64,000 nucleotides of DNA from Candidatus Latescibacterota bacterium (GCA_965219995.1 CBDCOX010000002.1:1472001-1536000), one strand, 5' to 3'; counted from the stretch's first letter, positions 9,446-19,957 are shown. Notes: a model not told the origin generated them from the letters alone. Numbers and translations are program-made.

Positions 9446-10600
9446 ATGTACGATATTTTAGGCGGACTGCCCTGGATACAGTCGAAACGGACCGGCCGTT
9501 TCTCCTCATGGGATACGTCGGGCCGCAACAGCGACGCGTGGACCATCGAACCCGGTGAAACCCGCGTTCTGGCCGATATCGACGGCCCCGCCTGCATCAC
9601 CCATCTCTGGTTCACCCAGCGCAACCACTACCGCGAGTGCCTGCTGAAGATCACCTACGACGATGCGGATGAACCCAGCGTTCTGTGTCCCCTTGGGGAT
9701 TTCTTCGGCCTGGGCCACGGCATTGTCAATTCCTACCAGTCGCTGCTGTTTACCGCGTCGACCAACAGCAACAATCAGTTCGAAACCGGCTGCGCGCTGA
9801 ACGCGTACGTGCCGATGCCGTTTCGGGAGCGTGCCCTCGTCGAACTGGTCAATGAAAGCCTGGAAACTCACCGGCAATATTTCTACGTGGATTGGGAGAC
9901 CTGCCCGGACGGACTGCCGGACGACAACGGGTATTTCCACGCTGAGTTCCGGCGTGAAAACCCCTTCGGCGGCTGGGGTCACGAGATCCGCGTGAACACG
10001 CCGGAAGCGGACATCATCAATACCGGACGCGAGGCTTGGGAGAACAACTACGTCATCCTGGACGCCGGGGGGCGCGGCCACTACATCGGCTGCAATCTAA
10101 GCGTCACCAATTTCCAGGGGACGTGGTGGGGCGAGGGCGACGACATGATCTGGGTGGACGGATACAGATGGCCGCCGGACCTGCACGGCACCGGCAGCGA
10201 GGACTACCTGAACCAGGCCTGGGGCATGCAGCCCAATGCGTTCCTGCGCAACGGTTCCTCAATCTACGAGGGGGATACCGGGGGGTATCAGACCAGCTAC
10301 GTGCACCACCTGGAGAATCCCGTACGATTCGAGAGGGAAGTCAGGGTGACCATCGAGCACGGCCACGGGAACCACCTGTGCAACGAGATGAGCAGCGTGG
10401 CCTACTGGTACGGCGACAGGCCCCGCGCCGTCGTGCAGCCGCCCGCGGTGGACCAGCGCCTTGCCGTGCGGCGCGACAACCGTGGGAACTGGCTGTATGA
10501 CGCGAGATCGCAGACCACCTCGCGCACCATCCCTCTGAACGACGAGATGAAGGACAACAAGGCACGCTGGAACCGGGGGAGATCCGTGACGGATTCGTAG
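9446..10600 (+). CDS. DUF2961 / GH172-family glycoside hydrolase
   Basis: SSWD.SGRN.D, GPACITHLWFT, PLGDFFGLGHG, WWGEGDDMIWVDG, GTGSEDY, IEHGH; RBS AGGAG. Confidence 0.9.
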   Translation: MYDILGGLPWIQSKRTGRFSSWDTSGRNSDAWTIEPGETRVLADIDGPACITHLWFTQRNHYRECLLKITYDDADEPSVLCPLGDFFGLGHGIVNSYQSLLFTASTNSNNQFETGCALNAYVPMPFRERALVELVNESLETHRQYFYVDWETCPDGLPDDNGYFHAEFRRENPFGGWGHEIRVNTPEADIINTGREAWENNYVILDAGGRGHYIGCNLSVTNFQGTWWGEGDDMIWVDGYRWPPDLHGTGSEDYLNQAWGMQPNAFLRNGSSIYEGDTGGYQTSYVHHLENPVRFEREVRVTIEHGHGNHLCNEMSSVAYWYGDRPRAVVQPPAVDQRLAVRRDNRGNWLYDARSQTTSRTIPLNDEMKDNKARWNRGRSVTDS

Positions 10601-10653
10601 CGCCACGCGGGGCCCGGCGAGAAATAACCGGGAGGCGCAGGCGGGATAGGGCA

Positions 10654-12129
10654 ATGACGAAAGGCAAACAGCCGAATATCGTGCTCATCATGTCCGACCA
10701 GCACAACGCGAACGTGATGGGCTGCGCGGGAAACCCGATTGTCCGGACGCCCAACCTGGATGCGCTGGCCGGACAGGGCACCCGCTTCACGAACGCCTAT
10801 TGCCCCTATCCGCTGTGCGCCCCGTCCCGCATGGGCTTTATGGCAGGCACCTATCCCAGCGAAGTTGGGGGTTTCGACAACAGCGGGACCCTCTCTTCAG
10901 ATGTGCCCACGTTCGCCCACGGCCTGAGTGCGGCGGGTTACGAGACCCTCCTGTGCGGACGGATGCACTTTATCGGGCCAAACCGATTACACGGTTTCGG
11001 GAAACGCATCCACGGCGACTGCGGTGGGACGCTATCTCCGGAAATCCGGGGATCGGGAAACAACCGTACGACCGGGCAGTCGAAATACGCCGTTGAGGTT
11101 GCCGGATACGGAAGCACAGGGTACCAGGCCTTCGACGACAGCGTCACGGAAGCGGCGTGCAACGACATCTCAACATGGACGGGGGACGGTCGCCCCCACT
11201 GCCTGGTTGTCGGTCTGATACTGCCCCACAACCCCCTCATCTGTTCCCGACCCCTGTTCGACCGCTACCTTGAGGAGATTCCGCTCCCGGAGCCCGCATC
11301 CCGCGCCTATCTGGACGCCCTCCATCCCGCAATGAGACGATGGCGCGAACGCCGGGGCGTGGACGAGTTGACGCGCGAACAGAACCGGCGGGGACTGGCC
11401 GCCTATTACGGCCTGGTCACGGAACTCGACACAAACGTCGGTAGAATCGTGAATGCGGTCAAGTCTTCCCCGGCAGCCGAAAATACAGTCATCATCTACT
11501 GCTCGGACCATGGCGATATGGCCTGCGAGCACGGCATGTGGTGGAAGAGCAGTTTTTACGACGGTTCGGCCCGCGTTCCACTGATCGTATCCTGCCCCGG
11601 GCAAGTTTCACGCGGCACCAACAACGCCGTTGTCAGCCTCATCGACGTGGGCCCCACGGTCCTTGAACTGGCCGGCGCGGCGGCCCTACCCGGTGTATCG
11701 GGAAGGAGTCTCGCGGGTTTCCTGCGCGGTGACGGCGCCATTCCCGGCTGGTCCGACGAAGTTTATTCGGAATACATCGGTCTCCTGGGCGACGGACCCG
11801 CCTGCATGGTCCGCCGAGGGCCATGGAAGCTGAGCTACTATCATGAATTCCGATCCTGCCAGCTATTCAACATGGAGGAGGACCCGGGCGAAATGCGCGA
11901 CCTTGCGCAGGATCCAGGCTTCACGGGAATCGTGGCGGACTGCGGGGACAGAATTCACGCACGGTGGTGCGCCGAGCGCATGCTCGATGACGCCGAAAGA
12001 CAGAAACGAGCGCGGGACCTGATCAGGCTGGCCGGTCGCAGCGCCATACCCCGACCTGGCGCCCCCTTCGTCGCTCCAGCGGGATGTAACCGGTTCGACT
12101 TTTCGCAGTTGCCCGATCGTGCGACATAG
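10654..12129 (+). CDS. Sulfatase (choline-sulfatase-like)
   Basis: PNIVLIMSDQH, CAPSR formylglycine motif, GRMH, SDHG.M. Confidence 0.92.
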   Translation: MTKGKQPNIVLIMSDQHNANVMGCAGNPIVRTPNLDALAGQGTRFTNAYCPYPLCAPSRMGFMAGTYPSEVGGFDNSGTLSSDVPTFAHGLSAAGYETLLCGRMHFIGPNRLHGFGKRIHGDCGGTLSPEIRGSGNNRTTGQSKYAVEVAGYGSTGYQAFDDSVTEAACNDISTWTGDGRPHCLVVGLILPHNPLICSRPLFDRYLEEIPLPEPASRAYLDALHPAMRRWRERRGVDELTREQNRRGLAAYYGLVTELDTNVGRIVNAVKSSPAAENTVIIYCSDHGDMACEHGMWWKSSFYDGSARVPLIVSCPGQVSRGTNNAVVSLIDVGPTVLELAGAAALPGVSGRSLAGFLRGDGAIPGWSDEVYSEYIGLLGDGPACMVRRGPWKLSYYHEFRSCQLFNMEEDPGEMRDLAQDPGFTGIVADCGDRIHARWCAERMLDDAERQKRARDLIRLAGRSAIPRPGAPFVAPAGCNRFDFSQLPDRAT

Positions 12130-12136
12130 ACCAGAC

Positions 12137-13804
12137 TCAACTTTCACTCGCCAATAACCCCTCCGTCGCATCAGACCACGTGCCGCATCGGACCTCGAGC
12201 GTCCAATCAACCGGCGTCTGCAGCGCAATCAGAACCCGGCACGCCTCCGGCGCCTGTTCACTCCAGCGCATCTGCCACATTCTGTGCGCGCAGGCGCCGG
12301 GACCCACGGCAATCGCGTCGTTTCCAACGTGGTAGGTCGCGTACCCGGACTTCAGGAACGCGATCTGCCCCGCCCTCCCCTGGATGGCGCCGCTGTCGAA
12401 GTCGAGTTCCCCACCCGGCGCAAAATCGCACGTAATCTGAAACGGCACCCTGTCCATCGCGTCCGACCGGACCCGCAGGTCGAACCCGCCGTCCACCTCC
12501 TTCACCGTCATCTCCATTGACAGTGGCGGCACCGGGGTAAATTCCCGCTTCCAGCGCGCCTCCTCCCACTGTGTCTGGTCCACCGGTTCGCCCAGCGGGT
12601 GGAAGTACCCGGGGCTGTCGTAGTGCCACCCTCTTCCGGGATGCGTGATCCGGATCCCGCCGCCCGCCTCGCGGAAATTCTCCCCCACAAACTGCGACGT
12701 TCCATAATAACTTGCACAGATTTGAACCGCGGTTAATTCGGCTTCGCCGTACTTCAGGCCGAACGCCGACGGTATCCCCGAGGCCGTCGTCGCGCTCATC
12801 CTTCCCCTGCGCACCCGCCAGATCCCCGAGACCGGATACACCTTCGAATAGCTTTCGGACAATGGCGCTCGCTTCAGGTTGTCCTCACGCCATTCGGGGT
12901 GTTCCAGGAAGGGGTGCAGCGTCCACGGCAGTCCACCGGGTTCCCGATCGAACAGCCAGTCGGCGACCGACGCGTAAAATCCGTTGTCCTCGGCGCGCGC
13001 CATCGCGTAATAGCTGTCCGCCAGAAACACCGGGACCGTCCGCTGTCCGCGGTCCTGCCTTTGCGACACGCTGGTCACAACCGTGCCGTCTGCATGGAGG
13101 AGGTGGCAGGAAAGGTCCAGGTTCTGCCGAACGGGATCCAGTAACTCCGGCCGGCCCAGCGCCTCAGCGGCGATTCGCAGCGACCGGTTGCAGACCGCGT
13201 TGTAGACTCCAGTGCTCCGCTCCGAATATTCCCCGTCGGCATTGATATCGATGGTCTCCGCCAGGTACGCCTCGATCGTATCCATAACATCCAGATCCGG
13301 AAACAGCGCCCGCGCCTGTGCGAGGGCTGAGACCAACACCCACCGGTGGTTGGGCGTATGGAAACCGCCCTCAGCCATACCCGGCGTGGCGGTATGGATC
13401 AACTCGCCGAGCGCCCCGGCGATCTCCCTGGCCCCGGCATCGTCCTCGACCTTCCGCGCCGCCACCACCACCGGCGCCATCAATTGCACCAGAAAGCCGG
13501 TATCCGGCGCCGAATCGAAATTGGTCTCCACCAGGTCGAACCTCCCGGATTCCCGCCGGATTCTCCGGCCGAACCCGGCGCCAAGCAGGATTCGCTCCAG
13601 GACTTCGGCGCTGCGAGAGTGCGCGGAGCCCTCCAGCAGCCAGGCGTAGCAGAGAGGAACGACCTGCCCCACGCCGGTCCCGCCGGCCACGCCGTGGTCC
13701 ACAAACCCTCCATGGTTCGGATTGGACCGGTCCAGGATCTGTTTTGGCAGAATGGTCGCGACCCGGGCATCGAGCAGCGGCAGCAGGGCGTCGTAGGTTA
13801 ACAT
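12137..13804 (-). CDS. Conserved hypothetical protein, possibly carbohydrate-active (lyase/heparinase-like)
   Basis: Long ORF with GC-typical codon use; GGFHTPNHRWV and EYSERS.GVYN motifs; RBS GGAGG; function is a guess. Confidence 0.7.
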   Translation of the reverse strand: MLTYDALLPLLDARVATILPKQILDRSNPNHGGFVDHGVAGGTGVGQVVPLCYAWLLEGSAHSRSAEVLERILLGAGFGRRIRRESGRFDLVETNFDSAPDTGFLVQLMAPVVVAARKVEDDAGAREIAGALGELIHTATPGMAEGGFHTPNHRWVLVSALAQARALFPDLDVMDTIEAYLAETIDINADGEYSERSTGVYNAVCNRSLRIAAEALGRPELLDPVRQNLDLSCHLLHADGTVVTSVSQRQDRGQRTVPVFLADSYYAMARAEDNGFYASVADWLFDREPGGLPWTLHPFLEHPEWREDNLKRAPLSESYSKVYPVSGIWRVRRGRMSATTASGIPSAFGLKYGEAELTAVQICASYYGTSQFVGENFREAGGGIRITHPGRGWHYDSPGYFHPLGEPVDQTQWEEARWKREFTPVPPLSMEMTVKEVDGGFDLRVRSDAMDRVPFQITCDFAPGGELDFDSGAIQGRAGQIAFLKSGYATYHVGNDAIAVGPGACAHRMWQMRWSEQAPEACRVLIALQTPVDWTLEVRCGTWSDATEGLLASES

Positions 13805-14007
13805 CGGATGGCCTCCCCCTGGGGCGGTGTGTGTTCGTGTCTTCGACGACAATTAACGGTATGCATGGTACGCGCGCATCCGGTCATCCGAAACTCGCAA
13901 GTTACTTCGCGGACCGGTGGATGGCAAACGGGTTCTTCAAGATCGATAAATAGCGGCTGGACATCCGGCCCCGCGCTTCTTTTTGAAAAAACAGACTTGA
14001 CTTTTCC

Positions 14008-14019
14008 GGAAACGATTTC
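14008..14019. promoter_or_regulatory. Putative LacI-family operator near a TTGACT -35 element
   Basis: GGAAACGATTTC fits GnAAnCGnTTnC; lies in a divergent intergenic region. Confidence 0.35.
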
Positions 14020-14116
14020 GGATATTCTGGAGGCCTGCCAGAACAACATCACTGCCTGATCCCGGTCCTCGCGGTGTAGCTTTCCGGGCGCGGAGAGGTC
14101 TCGGAGGAGTTTTCTT

Positions 14117-15013
14117 ATGCGTCTTGTGCTGCGCGTCATTTCGGCGGTCTTCGCTTTTCAGATGTTTTGTTACAACTCCGACGTCTGGTCCCAATCGGAA
14201 CCCGTAGAGCCACCGCGTTCCGGTTGGTACGTCGGCGCGACACTGGGATTGAACCGGGCGAACGACATCGAGCAGGACGGTTGGAATCGGGACACGTTCT
14301 GCTATCCGACGGATGCCTGTTTCGATCTGGACCCCGTTCCCCGGATCTCGGGATATCGCTGGCACTACAATGTCGAACCCGCCCGCGGCACTGCGTTTGA
14401 GGTCTCTTTCGGACGCGTGCTCGGACCCAAACGCCTGGAGCTATCGCTCGCTCAGAAGAAGAACGGCGTCAGCCAGGTCTTTCGAAGCGTCACCGACTAC
14501 GACGGCGTGCGCATGGAGGACCGCCGTGGCGGCACGGTCGCGTCCAACACCCGGGCTTCGATTGACGATCTCGTCGTGCGCTCGTTTTCGCTCAACGCAT
14601 ACTACGATCTACATGGTGCGCGCATCGGAATTTCACCCTTTATAGGCTTCGGGTTGGGAGCGGCGCAGGTCGTGATGGCCGGGGCGCACTTCTCGAACGA
14701 CCACCAGGAAACATCGGTCGGCGGCCAGGTTTACGATCCGCCGCTTTCATTCTACAACAGCCGCCAGGATGGAGACCTCTCCGACGTGGTTCCGGTCGGA
14801 AGCGTGCACGGGGGCGCTGACTACACGGTCGGCGACAGGACGATACTGGGATTGAAGTTGACGTACTCGATGATCGGCGGCACTGAAGTCCGCGGGGATT
14901 ATTCGACCCATCCGATGCACAGCCTGGATCCGGACTTCCCAAACCACAATACGTTCGCCGGGGCTCGTCAATGGACGCTGACACTCAATGCCAGGCGGAT
15001 TTTCGGCAACTGA
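14117..15013 (+). CDS. Outer-membrane beta-barrel protein (OmpA/Opa/Msp2-like)
   Basis: Signal peptide; GWYVGATLG, LNAYYDL, PFIGFGLG; RBS GGAGG. Confidence 0.75.
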   Translation: MRLVLRVISAVFAFQMFCYNSDVWSQSEPVEPPRSGWYVGATLGLNRANDIEQDGWNRDTFCYPTDACFDLDPVPRISGYRWHYNVEPARGTAFEVSFGRVLGPKRLELSLAQKKNGVSQVFRSVTDYDGVRMEDRRGGTVASNTRASIDDLVVRSFSLNAYYDLHGARIGISPFIGFGLGAAQVVMAGAHFSNDHQETSVGGQVYDPPLSFYNSRQDGDLSDVVPVGSVHGGADYTVGDRTILGLKLTYSMIGGTEVRGDYSTHPMHSLDPDFPNHNTFAGARQWTLTLNARRIFGN

Positions 15014-15094
15014 ATCGGCTATCCGGCGCCTCGCCGCGCTGGCGACCTGAGAGCACCCATTAATTCGATCCGGACTTCCGTTGCGAGGATTGAC

Positions 15095-16396
15095 ATGGGA
15101 AAAAAGGCGAATTATACGGGATTGTCCGAACTCTACAGGCGCGATCCGGACCAGGCCGACAGGCTCCTGTTCGGCCGCGAGACCCATCCCGACCGGCGCG
15201 GATTCCTGAAAGGCGCGGGACTGGCGATTGTAGGGGCGATGGTCGGATCGACGATTCCGTTCCACCGCAATGTGCCGGCGCATTTCATCCCTTCTGTACT
15301 GGCGGCGGAGCGGGTCATTCGGGGCAAGGACGGACTGGTGGTCATCAACGAGCGCCCGGTCAATGCGGAAACCCCTGCCCACCTCCTGGACGACGCCACA
15401 ACGCCCACGGAAAGGCATTTCATTCGGAACAACGGATTTCCCCCCGAGAACACCGATGCGACAGGCTGGAAGCTGACGGTTGACGGACTGGTGGACACAC
15501 CGATGACGTTCGATATCGACGACCTCAAAAAACGGTTCGAGGTGGTCACCCGCGCGCTCGTGCTGGAGTGCGGCGGCAACGGCCGCGCGTTCTTCGACCC
15601 GCCGGCGAGGGGCGATCACTGGACCTACGGCGCCGTGGGCTGCTCGGAGTGGACGGGCGTCCGCCTCGGGGATGTTCTCAGAGCCGTCGGGATGAAGCAA
15701 AGTGTCGTCTATACCGCGCACGAGGGCGCCGATACCCACCTCTCCGGCGAGCCGGGCAGGCTTCCCCTCTCGCGGGGCGTGCCGATCGAGAAGGCCATGG
15801 ACGAACACAATCTCATCGCCTTCGCCCAGAACGGAAATCCGATTCACCCGATGAACGGCGCGCCGCTGCGCCTGATTATCCCGGGATGGCCGGGGTCCTG
15901 TTCGCAGAAGTGGCTGACCCGCATCTGGCTGCGCGACCGGGTGCACGACGGCCCGAAGATGACCGGCACCTCCTACCGGGTCCCGAATCGCCCCGTCGCC
16001 CCGGGCGAGGAAGTGGACGAACGGGACTTCGAAATCATACACAGCATGCCCGTCAAGTCGTTGATCACGAATCCGTCCAACGGCCACAGGACGGGCGACC
16101 GGTCGATTGCGGTCCGCGGCCACGCGTGGGCCGGCGACCGGCGGGTGGATGCCGTGCATCTCTCGATCGACTTCGGCGCAACCTGGATGAAGGCGGACCT
16201 GGACGATCCGGTGAACCCGTACGCGTGGCAGAATTGGCGAGCAAGCGTCGCGTTTCCGCAGGCGGGGTATTACGAGGTCTGGGCCCGGGCGACCGACTCG
16301 CACGGTGAGAGCCAGCCGCACGCGATCGCGTGGAACCCGCGGGGCTATCTCAATAACTCCATGCATCGGGTGGCGGTCACTGTAGAAAAAGGATGA
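15095..16396 (+). CDS. Tat-exported sulfite oxidase-family molybdoenzyme (SorT/SoxC-like)
   Basis: DRRGFLKGAG Tat motif, HFIRNNG, LECGGNGR (Mo-ligating Cys), GAPLRLIIPGW.G..SQKWL, WNPRGYLNN. Confidence 0.92.
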   Translation: MGKKANYTGLSELYRRDPDQADRLLFGRETHPDRRGFLKGAGLAIVGAMVGSTIPFHRNVPAHFIPSVLAAERVIRGKDGLVVINERPVNAETPAHLLDDATTPTERHFIRNNGFPPENTDATGWKLTVDGLVDTPMTFDIDDLKKRFEVVTRALVLECGGNGRAFFDPPARGDHWTYGAVGCSEWTGVRLGDVLRAVGMKQSVVYTAHEGADTHLSGEPGRLPLSRGVPIEKAMDEHNLIAFAQNGNPIHPMNGAPLRLIIPGWPGSCSQKWLTRIWLRDRVHDGPKMTGTSYRVPNRPVAPGEEVDERDFEIIHSMPVKSLITNPSNGHRTGDRSIAVRGHAWAGDRRVDAVHLSIDFGATWMKADLDDPVNPYAWQNWRASVAFPQAGYYEVWARATDSHGESQPHAIAWNPRGYLNNSMHRVAVTVEKG

Positions 16397-16461
16397 AGGA
16401 AGAACGAAGAAGGAAGAAGACTGATGGCTACTTGCGGCCTGCGCCGAACGGATAATTGACC

Positions 16462-17169
16462 ATGTCACTCACATCAGAACAGGTACATCTGTTTCGCCAC
16501 ATCGGCTTTCTCAGATTGGAAGACCGGCTTCCGAAGGCGCTTGTTGAAGGGCTCAAAGAAGCAATCTGGACCAACATCCGCGAAGAGGTGGAACCGGTCG
16601 TGCGCGACGGCGAAGGACGAGTCATACGCCTCTCGGGCGTCGTGGACCGGGACCCTGTTTTCCTCGAGTCGGCGACCAGCCCCCTGGTACTGGATCCCCT
16701 GGAATCCCTTCTGGGCCCCAACATAGAACTCATCAAAAACCGGCACAATCACGCCACGCTACGCAGGGCCTCGGAGCACCGACCGGAAGGAATGCACCGG
16801 GACGTCAGGCAGTGGTCGCGTACCATCTTCACGGTGATCTTCTACCTGGAGGAAACAACCGTGGAAAACGGATGCACCATGGTTGTCCCGGGTTCCCATC
16901 ATTTCCCGGGCGTCAAGGGCCGCCTCTACGACGACGCCGAAACGCTGCGTCTCCTCGAACAGGCGGTGCCGGTGCCCATGCCCGAAGGCGGGATGCTCGT
17001 GATCGACAGCATGATCATGCACGGCGTTGGGCAGAACCTGACCGACGGCACACGCATGAGCATGACCGTGGGATACCACAGTGTGGACGAAATCGCCGAC
17101 GTGGTGAATCCGCACAGGATGCTGGTGCGCGGAGAACGCCCTTACGACGGCAATGTGCCGCGGAGATAG
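16462..17169 (+). CDS. Phytanoyl-CoA dioxygenase family (2OG-Fe(II))
   Basis: HRD, NGCTMVVPGSH and MHG motifs. Confidence 0.88.
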   Translation: MSLTSEQVHLFRHIGFLRLEDRLPKALVEGLKEAIWTNIREEVEPVVRDGEGRVIRLSGVVDRDPVFLESATSPLVLDPLESLLGPNIELIKNRHNHATLRRASEHRPEGMHRDVRQWSRTIFTVIFYLEETTVENGCTMVVPGSHHFPGVKGRLYDDAETLRLLEQAVPVPMPEGGMLVIDSMIMHGVGQNLTDGTRMSMTVGYHSVDEIADVVNPHRMLVRGERPYDGNVPRR

Positions 17170-17563
17170 CGCCTCATCCCTTCACGTTGTTTCAGTAAGC
17201 CAGCCATGTGATCGCGAATCGATTACGGATGAAATAACCCTTAACTTCCCAATGGTTAAACCCGGGTCCCGCGAATTCTTGGTGTGGATTGCGATTTGCC
17301 CTGCCATTGTGTATCTTGCACCAGGGTGTGTGACAACACATTTCGGAAATCAATTGGTTTTTCTACCGAATGCCGAGTAACCATCGGGATAATTGCCCAT
17401 CCTCGCCTATCGGTGGGTCGCGGAAACAGAAGCTCCGTGCAGCGCGCCGTACACCTTGTGCCCGCAGGCATTCAGACCGTTACCGCGATTCGACAGCAGA
17501 ACCCGGTCCACGTCGACGCAGGATTCAATTCCATTGGCCATTCGTGCAATGAGTGCTCGGTTT

Positions 17564-17902
17564 ATGAATGCGAAAACTCCACAAATAACAGAACCGCTTC
17601 TGGATGAGATCACGAGAAAAATCGTCGATCATTTTCATCCGGTTCAAATTGTACTTTTCGGCTCCTATGCCTATGGAGAGCCAACGAACGATAGCGACTT
17701 GGATTTGCTTGTCATAATGGACTCAGAATTGCGCCCGACAGCCCGAAGCGCCGCGGTTGCCAACATCTGTCGCCCCAAGTATGTCGCGATGGATATTGTC
17801 GTGCGTACACCTGAAGAAATCCAAACCCGCCTGCGTGACTTCGATCCATTTCTCGAAGGAATCTTTAAATTTGGACGCACCCTTTACAAATCAGCCGGGT
17901 GA
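17564..17902 (+). CDS. MNT nucleotidyltransferase antitoxin
   Basis: IVLFGSYAYGEP..DSDLDLLVI; exact start uncertain. Confidence 0.88.
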   Translation: MNAKTPQITEPLLDEITRKIVDHFHPVQIVLFGSYAYGEPTNDSDLDLLVIMDSELRPTARSAAVANICRPKYVAMDIVVRTPEEIQTRLRDFDPFLEGIFKFGRTLYKSAG

Positions 17903-18281
17903 TATACAAGCGTGGGTCTACAAAGCGGAAGAGGACTATCGCACGGCCACTACAATGGTTCGGAAACGCAGCGAACCTGTTCCCGACAATGTTTGTTTCT
18001 GTGCGCATCAATGCATTGAAAAGTACCTCAAAGCTCTTCTTGTCTTCCATCGCGTTCATTTTCCGAAAACTCACGATCTTCTGGCACTGTTGGATTTCGC
18101 GGTGGATATAGATTCCGATCTCGAGGAATTGCGACTTGATCTCAATTATCTATACCCGTTTGCCGTTGAATATCGCTATCCCGGGGAAAACGCGACTGTC
18201 GAAGAATCAAAAAAGACAGTAAGGGTAATGCTGCGCGGGCGGCGCATTCTGAGGGCGAAACTGAACATAACTGATGTGTGA
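17871..18281 (+). CDS. HEPN domain protein
   Basis: W..KAEEDY, CF.AHQCIEKYLKA, PKTHDL, YRYPG; TTG start inferred. Confidence 0.88.
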   Translation: MDAPFTNQPGDIQAWVYKAEEDYRTATTMVRKRSEPVPDNVCFCAHQCIEKYLKALLVFHRVHFPKTHDLLALLDFAVDIDSDLEELRLDLNYLYPFAVEYRYPGENATVEESKKTVRVMLRGRRILRAKLNITDV

Positions 18282-18400
18282 AATCGTGAACTTCAGTTAT
18301 CGACCTGTCCGGCACATTCCTCATACATTTCGCACATCCCGTTTTCTGGGTATATCCCCGACTTCTCAACGGCCTGGGAATTGGATATGGTGCCGCCGCA

Positions 18401-19231
18401 ATGAAGAAGATGAAATCGCAACAGCAACATACAATCCCTAGATGGCTCCTTGAGAACTTCACGGATCAAGACGGTATCCTTCACGTAGGTAGGAAGAGTC
18501 CAAGGAGGTTCTTCAAGAGCAGGCCACGAAACGTCTTCAGACGAAAAGACTATTACGCGGCGAAGGAGATTGGAGAATCGTTGGAGCCCCATATGGGCAA
18601 GATGGAAAATCTCTCTTTACAATATATGAAGAATGTTCGGTGCACGGCACGGCAGGGGATCGATCAAGGGGACCCTTCCTGTGTGACTGCGATTTCAGAT
18701 GACATTCGTGCATGTGGTCTATTTCTTCTGCATTTAGCGTACCGGTCCCCGCAATGGTTGGGAGAAGATTTCTTTTCAGGGTTGGACGCGATCCAGAAAG
18801 AATCGGAAAAAGCCGGGAAAGACATGGCTTCCGTTTTTCGGGAGGAAAGCACGAAGCTCACTCAGGAAGGAGAATTCGTCCTGGTTTTGAGCCAAGTCGA
18901 TGCTCCAACCTTTATCTTGGGCGATTGTGGACCGTTTGTTACTCGGGATAGCGAGCTGGGAGTGGACAATCAAAAGCAGAAAGAAAACGACCCCAATTGG
19001 ATCCCGTCGGAACAAAGGATGTGGATGGCATTGTCCCCCGATGTCGCGTTGGGAGTTGCGATAAGAGATGCAGATGCAAGACTGAGCGTGAATCTAATTG
19101 CCAATTCAACGTTGTCCGCGGATTGGGTGGATCATTTCAACGAAATCTGCGCAAGGCAAAGCAGGATGATCGCAGGTCCCTCCGAGAAATGGGTTTGTGC
19201 GGCTTCGCGGAAGGCATGGCCCATGGATTAG
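18401..19231 (+). CDS. DUF4238-like protein
   Basis: QHTIPRWLLENF N-terminus, FILGDC.P, ALSPDVAL; visibly lower GC. Confidence 0.7.
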   Translation: MKKMKSQQQHTIPRWLLENFTDQDGILHVGRKSPRRFFKSRPRNVFRRKDYYAAKEIGESLEPHMGKMENLSLQYMKNVRCTARQGIDQGDPSCVTAISDDIRACGLFLLHLAYRSPQWLGEDFFSGLDAIQKESEKAGKDMASVFREESTKLTQEGEFVLVLSQVDAPTFILGDCGPFVTRDSELGVDNQKQKENDPNWIPSEQRMWMALSPDVALGVAIRDADARLSVNLIANSTLSADWVDHFNEICARQSRMIAGPSEKWVCAASRKAWPMD

Positions 19232-19313
19232 GGAACCGCTCTGTGTATCTCCAAGACCAGCCTTCTAAGGGTGTGTTCGTGGCCCCCTCAGGTATCCCAA
19301 CGGATCGCGAAAG

Positions 19314-19392
19314 CAAAAAAAAACGCCGCCTTCCTGTAACGCGAGTACCGATGGTTACATCGGACAATTCGAAAGGGAAGGGGCGTTTTTTT
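19314..19392. terminator. Bidirectional terminator-like hairpin with a structured loop
   Basis: A-tract-CGCCGCCTTCC ... GGAAGGGGCG-T-tract between convergent genes. Confidence 0.7.
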
Positions 19393-19412
19393 GTGGCCCG
19401 AGCGACGTGACG

Positions 19413-19937
19413 CTACATATCAAGCGTTACGGATTCAGCGTGTCCCGTCCACTGTCCGGTCAGCGAATAGATGACCGTTTCGTGGCAGACGACGATCACC
19501 CGCTGAAAGGACCGGTGTCTTTCCAGTACACGACCGACACGATCGCGAACGCTGGAGAGGGGCTCCCAGTCTCTCGTTTCACCGGGAGGCCATTCGCCGT
19601 CGGACTCGAGCATTTCGGCCACTGTTTCGTAGACCTGCTCCAGCGAATCGCGCCATCCGCAGATCCATTCGTGCAGATCGAACTCGACGTGTAGCGGAAT
19701 TCCGAGCCTGCGGCTGATGATGGCGGCCGATTGGAGCGCCCGCGTCATCGGGGACGAGATAACCAGTTGATAATCTTCCGCTTCTAGAGATTCCGATGCT
19801 TTCTCGATCTGGCGAATACCGGTTTCTGTCAACGGGACGATATGCGCCGCCCAGCCGACGGCGGCGCCCTTTAGATTACCACCGGCGGCCAGGGGCCAGT
19901 CAGGCTCTCCATGCCGGATTAGATGGAAAGTCGTCAT
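19413..19937 (-). CDS. Histidine phosphatase family protein
   Basis: LIRHGE, SSPMTRALQSA, VVCHE. Confidence 0.88.
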   Translation of the reverse strand: MTTFHLIRHGEPDWPLAAGGNLKGAAVGWAAHIVPLTETGIRQIEKASESLEAEDYQLVISSPMTRALQSAAIISRRLGIPLHVEFDLHEWICGWRDSLEQVYETVAEMLESDGEWPPGETRDWEPLSSVRDRVGRVLERHRSFQRVIVVCHETVIYSLTGQWTGHAESVTLDM

Positions 19938-19957
19938 TTAACGTATGCTCGTTTTGT

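Noticed and set aside
14747-16468. 573-aa minus-strand ORF (likewise 22577-23872, 42853-44160, 53491-54684)
   Set aside because: Antisense shadows of well-supported genes.
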